Shown: positions 8,623-17,356, counted from the first letter of the stretch. The stretch is 30,164 nucleotides of DNA from a virus (IMGVR_UViG_2737471850_000006), one strand, 5' to 3'. A program made the numbers and translations. Notes: generated by a model not told the origin, from the letters alone.

Positions 8623-8691
8623 CTGTCACCATAATCCCGCACCTGCCATCTGATTTTTTAGACTGCCATCAGAGCATTTTTTCAGGGAAGC
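8623..8691 (+). promoter_or_regulatory. Candidate C-dependent late promoter Plys
   Basis: Motif CCCGCACCTGCC (8636-8647) about 45-55 bp upstream of the lys start; a near-identical motif sits at the same distance upstream of gene I. Confidence 0.4.
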
Positions 8692-9210
8692 ATGATGGCG
8701 GGGATACCAAAAAAACTGAAAGCCGCACTGCTGGCGGCAACGATTGCCGGTGGAGGTGTGGGTGGTTATCAGGAAATGACCCGTCAGTCTCTGATCCATC
8801 TGGAAAATATCGCTTATATGCCTTACCGCGATATTGCCGGTGTGCTTACGGTCTGTGTGGGACATACCGGGCCGGATATCGAAATGCGCCGTTACAGCCA
8901 TGCGGAGTGTATGGCTCTTCTCGACAGTGATTTAAAACCGGTTTATGCGGCAATCGATCGTCTTGTCAGGGTGCCGCTGACGCCATATCAGAAAACGGCG
9001 CTGGCAACGTTTATTTTCAACACCGGTGTTACCGCATTCAGTAAATCAACGCTGCTGAAAAAACTCAATGCCGGTGATTACGCCGGAGCGCGTGACCAGA
9101 TGGCCCGCTGGGTGTTTGCCGCAGGCCATAAATGGAAAGGACTGATGAACCGTCGCGAAGTGGAAATGGCAATCTGGAATATCAGGGGGGCGGATGACCT
9201 TCGCCAGTAA
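8692..9210 (+). CDS. lys: SAR endolysin (phage lysozyme with N-terminal signal-anchor-release domain), 172 aa
   Basis: N-terminal weakly hydrophobic Gly/Ala-rich segment (KLKAALLAATIAGGGVGGY) followed by a lysozyme-like domain; first gene after C, as in Mu. Confidence 0.85.
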   Translation: MMAGIPKKLKAALLAATIAGGGVGGYQEMTRQSLIHLENIAYMPYRDIAGVLTVCVGHTGPDIEMRRYSHAECMALLDSDLKPVYAAIDRLVRVPLTPYQKTALATFIFNTGVTAFSKSTLLKKLNAGDYAGARDQMARWVFAAGHKWKGLMNRREVEMAIWNIRGADDLRQ

Positions 9211-9580
9211 AAGTTTACTGCTGGCAGCCGTGTTTGCCGCCGTTCTGTCCGGGGTGTTGTGGCACAGGCTGGACAGCACCCGCCACGATAACCAGACGCT
9301 GCGCCGTGAATTACAGACGGAGCAACAGGCCCGCAACACGGCTGAATGGTTGTTACACAGTCAGGAACAGACGATGCAGGTATTTTCCGCTATCCGTGCC
9401 GCAAATCGTGCCGCGCGGCTGGAAGATGAGACAGAACATCATGATGCAAAACAAAAAATTACAACCGCCATTACCGGTGACAATTGCAGCACTCGTCCTG
9501 TGCCTGCCGTTGCTGCTGACAGGTTGCGGGAACTCGAAAAACGCACCCGTGCCATCGGTGGTGATCCTGCCCGAAACTGA
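9194..9580 (+). CDS. Inner-membrane spanin (i-spanin, Rz-like), 128 aa
   Basis: N-terminal TM helix (LLLAAVFAAVLSGVLW) followed by a charged, coiled-coil-like periplasmic region; overlaps the end of lys. Confidence 0.6.
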   Translation: MTFASKSLLLAAVFAAVLSGVLWHRLDSTRHDNQTLRRELQTEQQARNTAEWLLHSQEQTMQVFSAIRAANRAARLEDETEHHDAKQKITTAITGDNCSTRPVPAVAADRLRELEKRTRAIGGDPARN

Positions 9581-9782
9581 TGCAGAACTGACGGAAGCAA
9601 CGCCCGTTCCGCCCATGCCACAGCCCCTGACGTGGGGAGCATCCCTTCTCTGGAATGCTGACCTGTTGATGGCGCTCGGGCAGTGCAACCGCGACAAGGC
9701 ATCAGTCCGGGAACAGGAGACCCGAAGGAAAGAAATTTATGAACGAAGACCAGAACCGGGCGGTGGCGCTGCTGCTCGCTGA
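9441..9782 (+). CDS. Outer-membrane spanin lipoprotein (o-spanin, Rz1-like), in an alternate frame overlapping the i-spanin 3' end
   Basis: Lipoprotein signal peptide with lipobox (MMQNKKLQPPLPVTIAALVLCLPLLLTGC) read in the +1 frame relative to the i-spanin. Start codon choice (9426, 9441 or 9444) is uncertain. Confidence 0.5.
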   Translation: MMQNKKLQPPLPVTIAALVLCLPLLLTGCGNSKNAPVPSVVILPETDAELTEATPVPPMPQPLTWGASLLWNADLLMALGQCNRDKASVREQETRRKEIYERRPEPGGGAAAR

Positions 9783-9933
9783 ACTCTGGCAGGGGGATAC
9801 CCGTGATATTCCCCGCCCGGCGGCGTATGACCCGCCTGTATTGTGTGCCGGTTGCGGTCGTGAGCTGCGGCCTGATGTGCTGAGACAGCAGCCGATGGCG
9901 AACTACTGCCACTGGTGCCGTGGAGCAGAATAA
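9739..9933 (+). CDS. Small C4 zinc-finger protein, TraR/DksA-like (64 aa)
   Basis: RBS AAGGAAAG. Translation has CAGCGRELRPDVLRQQPMANYCHWC, resembling the TraR/DksA C4 zinc-finger pattern. Confidence 0.5.
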   Translation: MNEDQNRAVALLLAELWQGDTRDIPRPAAYDPPVLCAGCGRELRPDVLRQQPMANYCHWCRGAE

Positions 9934-10232
9934 TGGATTTGATTTCAGTTTTAGCGTTATGGCCTTACCTGTTGCCTGTTGTGGCCGGTGGGGCCGTCTG
10001 GGCAATGCGTCGTAGTTTTGCCAGCACTGAGCGTGTGGAGCGTCTTGAAAACCGGATGACCGAAATGGAAACCCGCTACGCCAGCATCCCTGGCACAGAA
10101 GATGTACACGAAATGCGCCTGCGAATTGCAGAGCTGTCCGGCGATATCCGGGTACTGTCCCAGCGGGTGCAGTCATTTTCCCATCAACTGGAGCTGCTGC
10201 TTGAAAACGCAGTAAACCGGAGTAATTCATGA
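9933..10232 (+). CDS. Small membrane protein (99 aa)
   Basis: ATG at 9933 overlaps the upstream stop. N-terminal TM helix (LISVLALWPYLLPVVAGGAVWA) then a coiled-coil-like region. Confidence 0.5.
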   Translation: MDLISVLALWPYLLPVVAGGAVWAMRRSFASTERVERLENRMTEMETRYASIPGTEDVHEMRLRIAELSGDIRVLSQRVQSFSHQLELLLENAVNRSNS

Positions 10233-10519
10233 TTAACGATATTCTGACCGAAGACCGTCGTCTGGTCATCCTGCGTTCCCTGATGGACTGCAATAACGAA
10301 GCAAACGAATCCATCCTTCAGGACTGTCTGGATGCATACGGACACAACGTTTCCCGCGATGTGGTTCGCGGCCAGATTGACTGGCTGGCAGAGCAGCAAC
10401 TGGTCACCGTGGAAAACCTGCGCGGCTTTTATGTCGTAACGCTGACCTCCCGAGGTCAGGATGTGGCAGAAGGTCGTGCCCGCGTTGCCGGTGTCAAGCG
10501 TCCTCGTCCCCGTGCATGA
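10229..10519 (+). CDS. Hypothetical protein (96 aa)
   Basis: ORF with start overlapping the upstream stop; syntenic with a small gene preceding the packaging genes in Mu. Confidence 0.5.
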   Translation: MINDILTEDRRLVILRSLMDCNNEANESILQDCLDAYGHNVSRDVVRGQIDWLAEQQLVTVENLRGFYVVTLTSRGQDVAEGRARVAGVKRPRPRA

Positions 10520-10530
10520 CAGGAGGCGTG

Positions 10531-11106
10531 ATGGACAGGAAAACACGGGGCCGGGCTTCAAAAGTGGATTTACTGCCGGAAAACGTACGTAAAACGCTGC
10601 ATGAAATGCTGCGTGATAAAGCGATCCCACAGGCCCGCATTCTGGAAGAAATTAACGCACTGATTAAAGACGCTGGCCTGCCGGATGAGATGAAACTCTC
10701 CCGTTCCGGTCTGAACCGTTACGCGACGAACGTCGAGCAGGTAGGCCATAACCTGCGACAGATGCGTGAAATGACGTCAGCACTGACCGCAGAACTTGGC
10801 GACAAGCCAATGGGAGAAACCACAAAGCTGATTCTGGAAATGGCCCGAAGCCAGCTTTTTAAGGCCATGATGCGGCAAATCGAAAACCCGGAATCTGACG
10901 TGGATATTGACCTGCTGAAAAATGCCATGCTGGCGGCACAGCGTCTGGAATCCACGGCAATGTCCAGCCACCGGCGCGAGAAAGAAATCCGCCAGGCATT
11001 CGCAGAAGAAGCGGCAAACGCCGTCAGTGAAGAACTGCGCGGGCAGGATGGCATCAGCGAAGAGCTGGAGCAGCGTATCCGTGATGTGCTGCTGGGTAAG
11101 GCATGA
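10531..11106 (+). CDS. D: Putative terminase small subunit / DNA-packaging protein (191 aa)
   Basis: ATG at 10531 with strong AGGAGG 5 nt upstream. Directly precedes the large terminase. Assignment is by synteny. Confidence 0.55.
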   Translation: MDRKTRGRASKVDLLPENVRKTLHEMLRDKAIPQARILEEINALIKDAGLPDEMKLSRSGLNRYATNVEQVGHNLRQMREMTSALTAELGDKPMGETTKLILEMARSQLFKAMMRQIENPESDVDIDLLKNAMLAAQRLESTAMSSHRREKEIRQAFAEEAANAVSEELRGQDGISEELEQRIRDVLLGKA

Positions 11107-11113
11107 GAGGGTT

Positions 11114-12769
11114 ATGAACACCAGAGAAAACAACCTTAAAGCCCTTCATGCGCCCCGCAAAATCAACCTGCGTGAGGAAGCCGGACTGCTCGGCGTGAAT
11201 ATCGTGACCGATATCGGTGAAGCACAGCCCCGCAATGAACCGGTTTTCCTGGGTTATCAGCGCCGCTGGTTTGAGGATGAAAGCCAGATTTGCATCGCTG
11301 AAAAATCCCGTCGTACCGGTCTGACATGGGCCGAAGCGGGCCGCAATGTCATGACGGCAGCAAAGCCGCGTCGCCGTGGCGGTCGCAACGTTTTTTATGT
11401 GGGTTCCCGTCAGGAAATGGCGCTGGAATATATCGCCGCCTGTGCCCTGTTTGCCCGCGCCTTTAACCAGCTGGCAAAGGCTGACGTATGGGAGCAGACC
11501 TTCTGGGACAGCGACAAAAAAGAAGAAATCCTCACTTATATGATCCGTTTCCCTAACAGCGGATTTAAGGTGCAGGCGCTGTCAAGCCGTCCGTCTAACC
11601 TGCGTGGTTTGCAGGGGGACGTGGTGATTGATGAGGCGGCATTTCATGAAGCCCTGGACGAACTCCTGAAAGCGGCCTTTGCGCTCACCATGTGGGGTGC
11701 CCGCGTGCGGATCATATCGACACATAACGGCGTCGATAACCTGTTTAACCAGTACATTCAGGATGCGCGCGAGGGGCGCAAGGATTACAGCGTTCACCGT
11801 ATCACGCTGGATGATGCCATCGCTGACGGGTTGTACCGACGTATCTGTTACGTCACGAATCAGCCGTGGTCGCCGGAAGCGGAAAAAGCCTGGCGTGATG
11901 GCCTGTACCGGAATGCGCCGAATAAAGAGAGTGCCGACGAGGAATACGGCTGCATTCCCAAAAAATCCGGGGGCGCTTATCTGTCACGCGTGCTGATTGA
12001 AGCCGCCATGACGCCAGTGCGGGATATCCCGATTCTGCGTTTTGAAGCCCCGGACGATTTTGAATCGCTGACACCACAAATGCGCCACGGCATCGTTCAG
12101 GACTGGTGTGAACAGGAGCTGCTCCCGTTGCTCGATGCGCTGTCGCCGCTCAATAAACACGTACTGGGCGAAGACTTTGCACGCCGTGGCGACCTGACGG
12201 TGTTTGTGCCGCTTGCCATCACGCCTGACTTACGCAAACGCGAATGTTTCCGCGTGGAGCTGCGTAATGTGACCTATGACCAGCAGCGACAAATCCTTTT
12301 ATTCATTCTGTCCCGTTTGCCCCGTTTTACCGGCGCTGCATTTGATGCCACCGGTAACGGCGGTTATCTGGCAGAAGCCGCCCGTCTGATTTATGGCCCG
12401 GAGATGATCGACTGTGTGAATCTGACCGCATCCTGGTATCAGGAGTGGATGCCCAAACTGAAAGGCGAGTTTGAAGCGCAGAACATCACGATTGCCCGGC
12501 ACCAGACCACACTTGATGACCTGCTCCACATCAAGGTGGACAAAGGTATTCCGCAGATTGATAAGGGGCGCACAAAAGACGAAGGCGGTAAAGGCCGACG
12601 ACATGGCGACTTTGCCGTGGCGCTCTGTATGGCTGTCAGGGCGTCTTATATGAATGGTTTTGTTATCGACGAGGACAGCATACAGGCGCTGCCACCACGC
12701 CACCGTGGTGATGGTGTTGATAACGATGATTTTGATGATTATCACCAGTTTGAACGAGGGGGCTGGTAA
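11114..12769 (+). CDS. E: Terminase large subunit (551 aa)
   Basis: ATG at 11114 with GAGAGGG upstream; the longer 10922 start in the ORF track lies inside the previous gene. Size and position before the portal fit a large terminase. I did not verify ATPase or nuclease motifs. Confidence 0.75.
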   Translation: MNTRENNLKALHAPRKINLREEAGLLGVNIVTDIGEAQPRNEPVFLGYQRRWFEDESQICIAEKSRRTGLTWAEAGRNVMTAAKPRRRGGRNVFYVGSRQEMALEYIAACALFARAFNQLAKADVWEQTFWDSDKKEEILTYMIRFPNSGFKVQALSSRPSNLRGLQGDVVIDEAAFHEALDELLKAAFALTMWGARVRIISTHNGVDNLFNQYIQDAREGRKDYSVHRITLDDAIADGLYRRICYVTNQPWSPEAEKAWRDGLYRNAPNKESADEEYGCIPKKSGGAYLSRVLIEAAMTPVRDIPILRFEAPDDFESLTPQMRHGIVQDWCEQELLPLLDALSPLNKHVLGEDFARRGDLTVFVPLAITPDLRKRECFRVELRNVTYDQQRQILLFILSRLPRFTGAAFDATGNGGYLAEAARLIYGPEMIDCVNLTASWYQEWMPKLKGEFEAQNITIARHQTTLDDLLHIKVDKGIPQIDKGRTKDEGGKGRRHGDFAVALCMAVRASYMNGFVIDEDSIQALPPRHRGDGVDNDDFDDYHQFERGGW

Positions 12770-14307
12770 TGGGCCGTATTCTGGATATTTCCGGGCAGCC
12801 GTTTGATTTTGACGATGAAATGCAGACCCGCAGCGATGAGCTGGCAATGGTCATGAAGCGCACGCAGGAGCATCCTTCCAGTGGTGTGACGCCGAACCGG
12901 GCCGCGCAGATGCTGCGTGATGCCGAACGCGGTGATCTGACAGCCCAGGCTGACCTGGCCTTTGATATGGAAGAAAAGGACACCCACCTTTTTTCCGAAC
13001 TGAGCAAACGCCGCCTTGCCATTCAGGCGCTGGAATGGCGCATCGCTCCGGCACGTGATGCCAGCGCACAGGAGAAAAAAGATGCCGACATGCTGAATGA
13101 ATATCTGCATGATGCGGCGTGGTTTGAAGATGCCCTGTTTGATGCCGGTGATGCCATTCTCAAGGGCTATTCCATGCAGGAGATTGAATGGGGGTGGCTG
13201 GGGAAAATGCGCGTGCCGGTGGCGCTGCATCATCGCGATCCGGCGCTGTTCTGCGCGAACCCCGACAATCTGAACGAATTACGCCTGCGTGATGCGTCTT
13301 ATCACGGGCTGGAGCTGCAACCGTTTGGCTGGTTTATGCACCGGGCCAAATCCCGTACCGGGTATGTCGGCACCAATGGCCTTGTACGCACGCTTATCTG
13401 GCCTTTTATTTTTAAAAACTATTCCGTGCGTGATTTTGCAGAGTTCCTGGAAATTTACGGACTTCCCATGCGCGTCGGTAAATATCCGACCGGCTCCACG
13501 AACCGTGAGAAAGCCACGCTGATGCAGGCCGTGATGGATATCGGGCGACGTGCCGGTGGCATTATTCCGATGGGGATGACGCTGGATTTTCAGAGCGCCG
13601 CAGATGGTCAGTCAGACCCCTTTATGGCGATGATTGGCTGGGCAGAAAAAGCGATTTCAAAAGCCATTCTGGGCGGCACCCTGACCACAGAGGCCGGCGA
13701 TAAAGGTGCACGGTCGCTGGGTGAAGTGCATGATGAGGTTCGCCGGGAAATCCGTAACGCGGATGTGGGCCAGCTTGCCCGCAGTATTAACCGTGACCTG
13801 ATTTATCCCCTGCTGGCACTGAACAGTGACAGCACCATTGATATTAACCGCCTGCCGGGCATTGTATTTGATACCAGTGAAGCGGGTGATATTACGGCAC
13901 TGTCTGACGCCATTCCGAAACTGGCGGCGGGAATGCGTATTCCGGTCTCCTGGATACAGGAAAAACTCCATATTCCGCAGCCGGTCGGTGATGAAGCCGT
14001 GTTTACTGCTCAACCGGTCGTCATGGATAACGGTCCGCAGAAAGAGGCTGCATTATCCGCTGAAGATATCCCGCAGGAGGATGATATCGACCGGATGGGC
14101 GTCTCACCGGAAGACTGGCAGCGTTCGGTTGATCCCCTGCTGAAACCCGTCATTTTTTCTGTGCTGAAAGATGGCCCGGAAGCCGCCATGAACAAAGCCG
14201 CTTCATTATATCCGCAGATGGATGATGCAGAACTTATCGACATGCTGACCCGTGCCATTTTTGTTGCCGATATCTGGGGGCGTCTGGATGCCGCAGCAGA
14301 CCATTGA
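12769..14307 (+). CDS. H: Portal protein (512 aa)
   Basis: ATG overlaps the terminase stop (TAATG) with GAGGGGG RBS. Size and position match the Mu portal. Confidence 0.8.
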   Translation: MGRILDISGQPFDFDDEMQTRSDELAMVMKRTQEHPSSGVTPNRAAQMLRDAERGDLTAQADLAFDMEEKDTHLFSELSKRRLAIQALEWRIAPARDASAQEKKDADMLNEYLHDAAWFEDALFDAGDAILKGYSMQEIEWGWLGKMRVPVALHHRDPALFCANPDNLNELRLRDASYHGLELQPFGWFMHRAKSRTGYVGTNGLVRTLIWPFIFKNYSVRDFAEFLEIYGLPMRVGKYPTGSTNREKATLMQAVMDIGRRAGGIIPMGMTLDFQSAADGQSDPFMAMIGWAEKAISKAILGGTLTTEAGDKGARSLGEVHDEVRREIRNADVGQLARSINRDLIYPLLALNSDSTIDINRLPGIVFDTSEAGDITALSDAIPKLAAGMRIPVSWIQEKLHIPQPVGDEAVFTAQPVVMDNGPQKEAALSAEDIPQEDDIDRMGVSPEDWQRSVDPLLKPVIFSVLKDGPEAAMNKAASLYPQMDDAELIDMLTRAIFVADIWGRLDAAADH

Positions 14308-15607
14308 TCTGGCGTATGCCGCACGCCTCCCGCCAAAGGAGGCTGTCGCGTATTTCCGCGCCAAAGGCTACAACATCACCTGGAACTGGTACGAACAACT
14401 GGCAGACGCGCACGCCCGCGCCTTTACCGTTGCCAAAGCCACCCGGATGGATGTACTGACCACAATCCGTGAGGAAGTGGAGCGGGCTGTCAGTGAAGGC
14501 ATCACCCGTGAGGAATTTACCCGCACACTGGCCCCCCGGCTGCAAAAACTCGGATGGTGGGGAAAACAAATCATCGTGGATGCAGAGGGAAACGCGAAGG
14601 AAATCGAACTGGGCAGTCCGCGTCGTCTGGCAACCATTTATAACGTCAATACCCGTACGGCGTACGGGGCGGGACGTTATGCACAGATGATGAATACCGC
14701 AGATTTGTATCCGTACTGGCAGTATGTTGCCGTTATGGATGGCAGAACACGCCCGGAACATGCGCGGCTGCACAATATGGTTTTCAGGTATGACGACATT
14801 TTCTGGCAGACGCATTACCCGCCCAATGGCTGGAACTGCCGCTGTCGCGTCCGGGCGGTGTCTGCGGCCCGCATGAAAGAACTGGGGCTACAGGTCAGTT
14901 ATGGTGCGTCATTCATGAATACCCGCGAAGTGGATGCCGGTACGGATGAAAGCACCGGAGAGATTTTCCGCACATCGTCAACCACATTTGACAACGGTCG
15001 GGTAAAAATGACGCCGGATGTGGGCTGGTCATATAACCCCGGGGCGGCGGCATTTGGTACGGATCAGGCACTGATTCGAAAACTGGTGGAAGTTCGTGAC
15101 GCGCAGCTGCGTGAGCAGGTTGTTCAGACGCTGAATAACAGCCGGGAGCGTCAGCTTGCTTTTTCCCTCTGGCTTAAACGTCTGGCGAAATCACGCCGGG
15201 CCGGACATGAGGTCCGTGCGCTGGGGTTTATGACGGAAGCCGTGGCGGAGGCCGTATATCAGCGCACCGGGAATATGCCAGCCCGTCTGCTTGTAATGAA
15301 CGGGAAAAGTCTGGCGACCACTGCTGATGCTGCCCTGAAAACGGAAGATTTACAGCGTCTGCCGTCGCTGATGGCAAAACCACAGGCGGTATTGTGGGAC
15401 AGGGAGAACCACCAGTTGCTGTATGTTGTGGCAACCCGTGACGGCACGGCCCGGATTGTGGTCAGAACATCACAGACAGTCGGCAGGCAGAATGACCGTG
15501 CGGATGTGCTGGTCAGTATCAGCCGCGTATCTGCACAGTCGCTTGAAGCCGCGATTGCTGACGGGATGATTGACGTACTGGAGGGGTATGTGGAGGTGAA
15601 TAAGTGA
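14288..15607 (+). CDS. F: Head morphogenesis protein (Mu F-like), 439 aa
   Basis: First ATG at 14288 (the 14252 start in the ORF track is TTG). Follows the portal as in Mu. Confidence 0.75.
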   Translation: MPQQTIDLAYAARLPPKEAVAYFRAKGYNITWNWYEQLADAHARAFTVAKATRMDVLTTIREEVERAVSEGITREEFTRTLAPRLQKLGWWGKQIIVDAEGNAKEIELGSPRRLATIYNVNTRTAYGAGRYAQMMNTADLYPYWQYVAVMDGRTRPEHARLHNMVFRYDDIFWQTHYPPNGWNCRCRVRAVSAARMKELGLQVSYGASFMNTREVDAGTDESTGEIFRTSSTTFDNGRVKMTPDVGWSYNPGAAAFGTDQALIRKLVEVRDAQLREQVVQTLNNSRERQLAFSLWLKRLAKSRRAGHEVRALGFMTEAVAEAVYQRTGNMPARLLVMNGKSLATTADAALKTEDLQRLPSLMAKPQAVLWDRENHQLLYVVATRDGTARIVVRTSQTVGRQNDRADVLVSISRVSAQSLEAAIADGMIDVLEGYVEVNK

Positions 15608-16074
15608 GTCTTGATATGAACGTTGCCGTGGATGTGCGACGTATTCAGCTTGCGCTGGATGAACTGGGAACCGTCACACGTGACCGCGTCATTCCCCGTG
15701 TGATGGCTGCGGCGCTGCTGTCATCCACGGAACAGGCATTTGAACGGCAGGCAGACCCGGATACAGGGAAAGGCTGGGAAGCGTGGAGCGATTCGTGGCT
15801 GGCATGGCGTCAGGATCATGGTTTTGTTCCGGGCAGTATCCTTACCCTGCATGGCGATCTGGCACGCAGCATTACCACAGATTATGGACAGGATTATGCC
15901 CTGATTGGTTCGCCAAAAATTTATGCTGCCATTCATCAGTGGGGCGGTACACCCGATATGGCACCCCGCCCGGCAGGCGTTCCTGCGCGTCCTTATATGG
16001 GGCTGGATAAGACCGGGGAACAGGAAATTTTTGATGCCATCAGAAAACGCGTCAGCGCCGCTCTGAGGCAATAA
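15604..16074 (+). CDS. G: Virion morphogenesis protein (Mu G-like), 156 aa
   Basis: GTG start at 15604 with GGAGGTG about 6 nt upstream, overlapping the F stop. An alternative ATG lies at 15616. Confidence 0.65.
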   Translation: MSLDMNVAVDVRRIQLALDELGTVTRDRVIPRVMAAALLSSTEQAFERQADPDTGKGWEAWSDSWLAWRQDHGFVPGSILTLHGDLARSITTDYGQDYALIGSPKIYAAIHQWGGTPDMAPRPAGVPARPYMGLDKTGEQEIFDAIRKRVSAALRQ

Positions 16075-16121
16075 ACAGAATCAGGCATAAAATCAGCCGC
16101 ACAGATTTTTTAAAACGCGCC

Positions 16122-16170
16122 ACGGGATTTTTAAACCGGTATTTAACGGTGTATGAATCCCGTTTTATCT
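16122..16170 (+). terminator. Stem-loop plus T tract in the G-I intergenic region; candidate terminator of the lys-to-G transcript
   Basis: ACGGGATT (16122-16129) pairs with AATCCCGT (16156-16163) around a 26-nt loop, followed by TTTATCTT. Confidence 0.35.
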
Positions 16171-16204
16171 TCCTTCCACTTTCTTTCTCCAGTACTCAAA
16201 TAGC

Positions 16205-16270
16205 ATAACCCCAGATTTTCCCGCACCTCCCGCAAACTGACTGCTCACAAACCATGATGAGCAGCAGGAC
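16205..16270 (+). promoter_or_regulatory. Candidate C-dependent late promoter PI
   Basis: Motif CCCGCACCTCCCGC (16220-16233) about 40-50 bp upstream of the I start, matching the motif upstream of lys. Confidence 0.4.
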
Positions 16271-17356
16271 ATGAAAAAACACGCGATTGGCATTGCCGCA
16301 CTGAGTGCGCTGTCCATTGACGATGACGGCTGGTGCCAGTTATTGCCTGCCGGTCATTTCAGTGCCCGTGATGGTCGTCCGTTTGATGTGACAGGCGGTC
16401 AGGGGTGGTTCATTGACGGTGAGATTGCCGGGCGTCTGGTTGAAGGCGTTCGCGCGCTCAACCAGGACGTGCTGATTGATTACGAGCATAACCAGCTACG
16501 TAAGGACAAAGGATTACCCCCGGAACAACTCGTCGCGGCTGGCTGGTTTAACGCCGATGAAATGCAGTGGCGTGAAGGTGAAGGGTTATTTATCCACCCA
16601 CGCTGGACGGCGGCGGCACAGCAGCGCATCGATGACGGCGAATTTGGTTATCTCTCTGCGGTTTTTCCGTATGACACCGCCACCGGTGCGGTGCTGCAAA
16701 TCCGCCTTGCTGCGCTGACCAATGACCCCGGTGCCACCGGCATGAAAAAGCTGACCGCACTGGCGGCAGACCTTCCCGACATCCTTCAACAGGAGAACAA
16801 ACCCATGAATGAAACGCTGCGCAAGCTGCTTGCGCGTCTTGGGGTGACGGTCCCCGAAAATGCAGACATCACCGATGAACAGGCCAGCGCGGCCCTGAGT
16901 GCGCTTGATGCGCTCGAAACAGATGCCGGAAAAGTGGCGACGTTATCCGCCGAACTGGAAAAGGCACAGAACGCCGCCGTTGACCTGACGAAATACGTCC
17001 CGGTGGAAAGCTACAACGCCGTGCTTGATGAACTGGCACAGGCCAAAGCACAAAGCGCCACTGCCAGCCTGAGCGCCGTTCTGGACAAGGCGGAGCAGGA
17101 AGGCCGCATTTTCAAAAGCGAACGTACCTATCTGGAACAGCTTGGCGGTCAGATTGGCGTGGCGGCACTGTCGGCACAGCTTGAGAAAAAACAGCCCATC
17201 GCTGCGTTATCTGCCATGCAGACCACCACAGCGAAAATCCCGTCGCAGGAAAAAACGGCGGTGGCGGTGCTGTCTGCTGATGAACAGGCAGCAGTGAAGG
17301 CGCTCGGCATTACAGAGGCTGAGTATCTGAAAATGAAACAGGAACAAGAAAAATGA
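16271..17356 (+). CDS. I: Prohead protease/scaffold protein I (361 aa)
   Basis: 361-aa ORF after a 196-bp intergenic gap. C-terminal half is Ala/Leu/Glu/Gln-rich and coiled-coil-like, as expected for a scaffold. Directly precedes the major capsid gene. Confidence 0.8.
   Translation: MKKHAIGIAALSALSIDDDGWCQLLPAGHFSARDGRPFDVTGGQGWFIDGEIAGRLVEGVRALNQDVLIDYEHNQLRKDKGLPPEQLVAAGWFNADEMQWREGEGLFIHPRWTAAAQQRIDDGEFGYLSAVFPYDTATGAVLQIRLAALTNDPGATGMKKLTALAADLPDILQQENKPMNETLRKLLARLGVTVPENADITDEQASAALSALDALETDAGKVATLSAELEKAQNAAVDLTKYVPVESYNAVLDELAQAKAQSATASLSAVLDKAEQEGRIFKSERTYLEQLGGQIGVAALSAQLEKKQPIAALSAMQTTTAKIPSQEKTAVAVLSADEQAAVKALGITEAEYLKMKQEQEK
16805..17356 (+). CDS. Z: Nested in-frame scaffold protein (Z-like), internal start within I
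   Basis: In-frame internal ATG at 16805 preceded by AGGAGA at about 8 nt, which is stronger than the RBS of I itself. Downstream region is the coiled-coil scaffold part. Confidence 0.4.
   Translation: MNETLRKLLARLGVTVPENADITDEQASAALSALDALETDAGKVATLSAELEKAQNAAVDLTKYVPVESYNAVLDELAQAKAQSATASLSAVLDKAEQEGRIFKSERTYLEQLGGQIGVAALSAQLEKKQPIAALSAMQTTTAKIPSQEKTAVAVLSADEQAAVKALGITEAEYLKMKQEQEK

Noticed and set aside
9439-10314. 291-aa minus-strand ORF antisense to the spanin and downstream small genes
   Set aside because: It overlaps several well-supported plus-strand genes, has an Arg/Ser/Ala/Pro-rich translation typical of antisense reading of GC-rich coding DNA, and has no RBS or partner genes. No minus-strand gene is expected in this part of a Mu genome.
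10922-11113. Upstream extension of the large terminase ORF to a 615-aa product
   Set aside because: The extension lies entirely inside the preceding gene and has a low-complexity translation; the ATG at 11114 has a good RBS and directly follows the upstream stop.
14252-14287. TTG-initiated longer start for F (and similar extended starts at 5606, 6412, 7623 and 9915)
   Set aside because: In each case a downstream ATG or GTG with a better Shine-Dalgarno sequence and a short or translationally coupled overlap is more parsimonious.
14234-14815. 193-aa minus-strand ORF antisense to the portal/F junction
   Set aside because: Antisense to well-supported structural genes, with a low-complexity Arg/Gly/Pro-rich translation and no start context.
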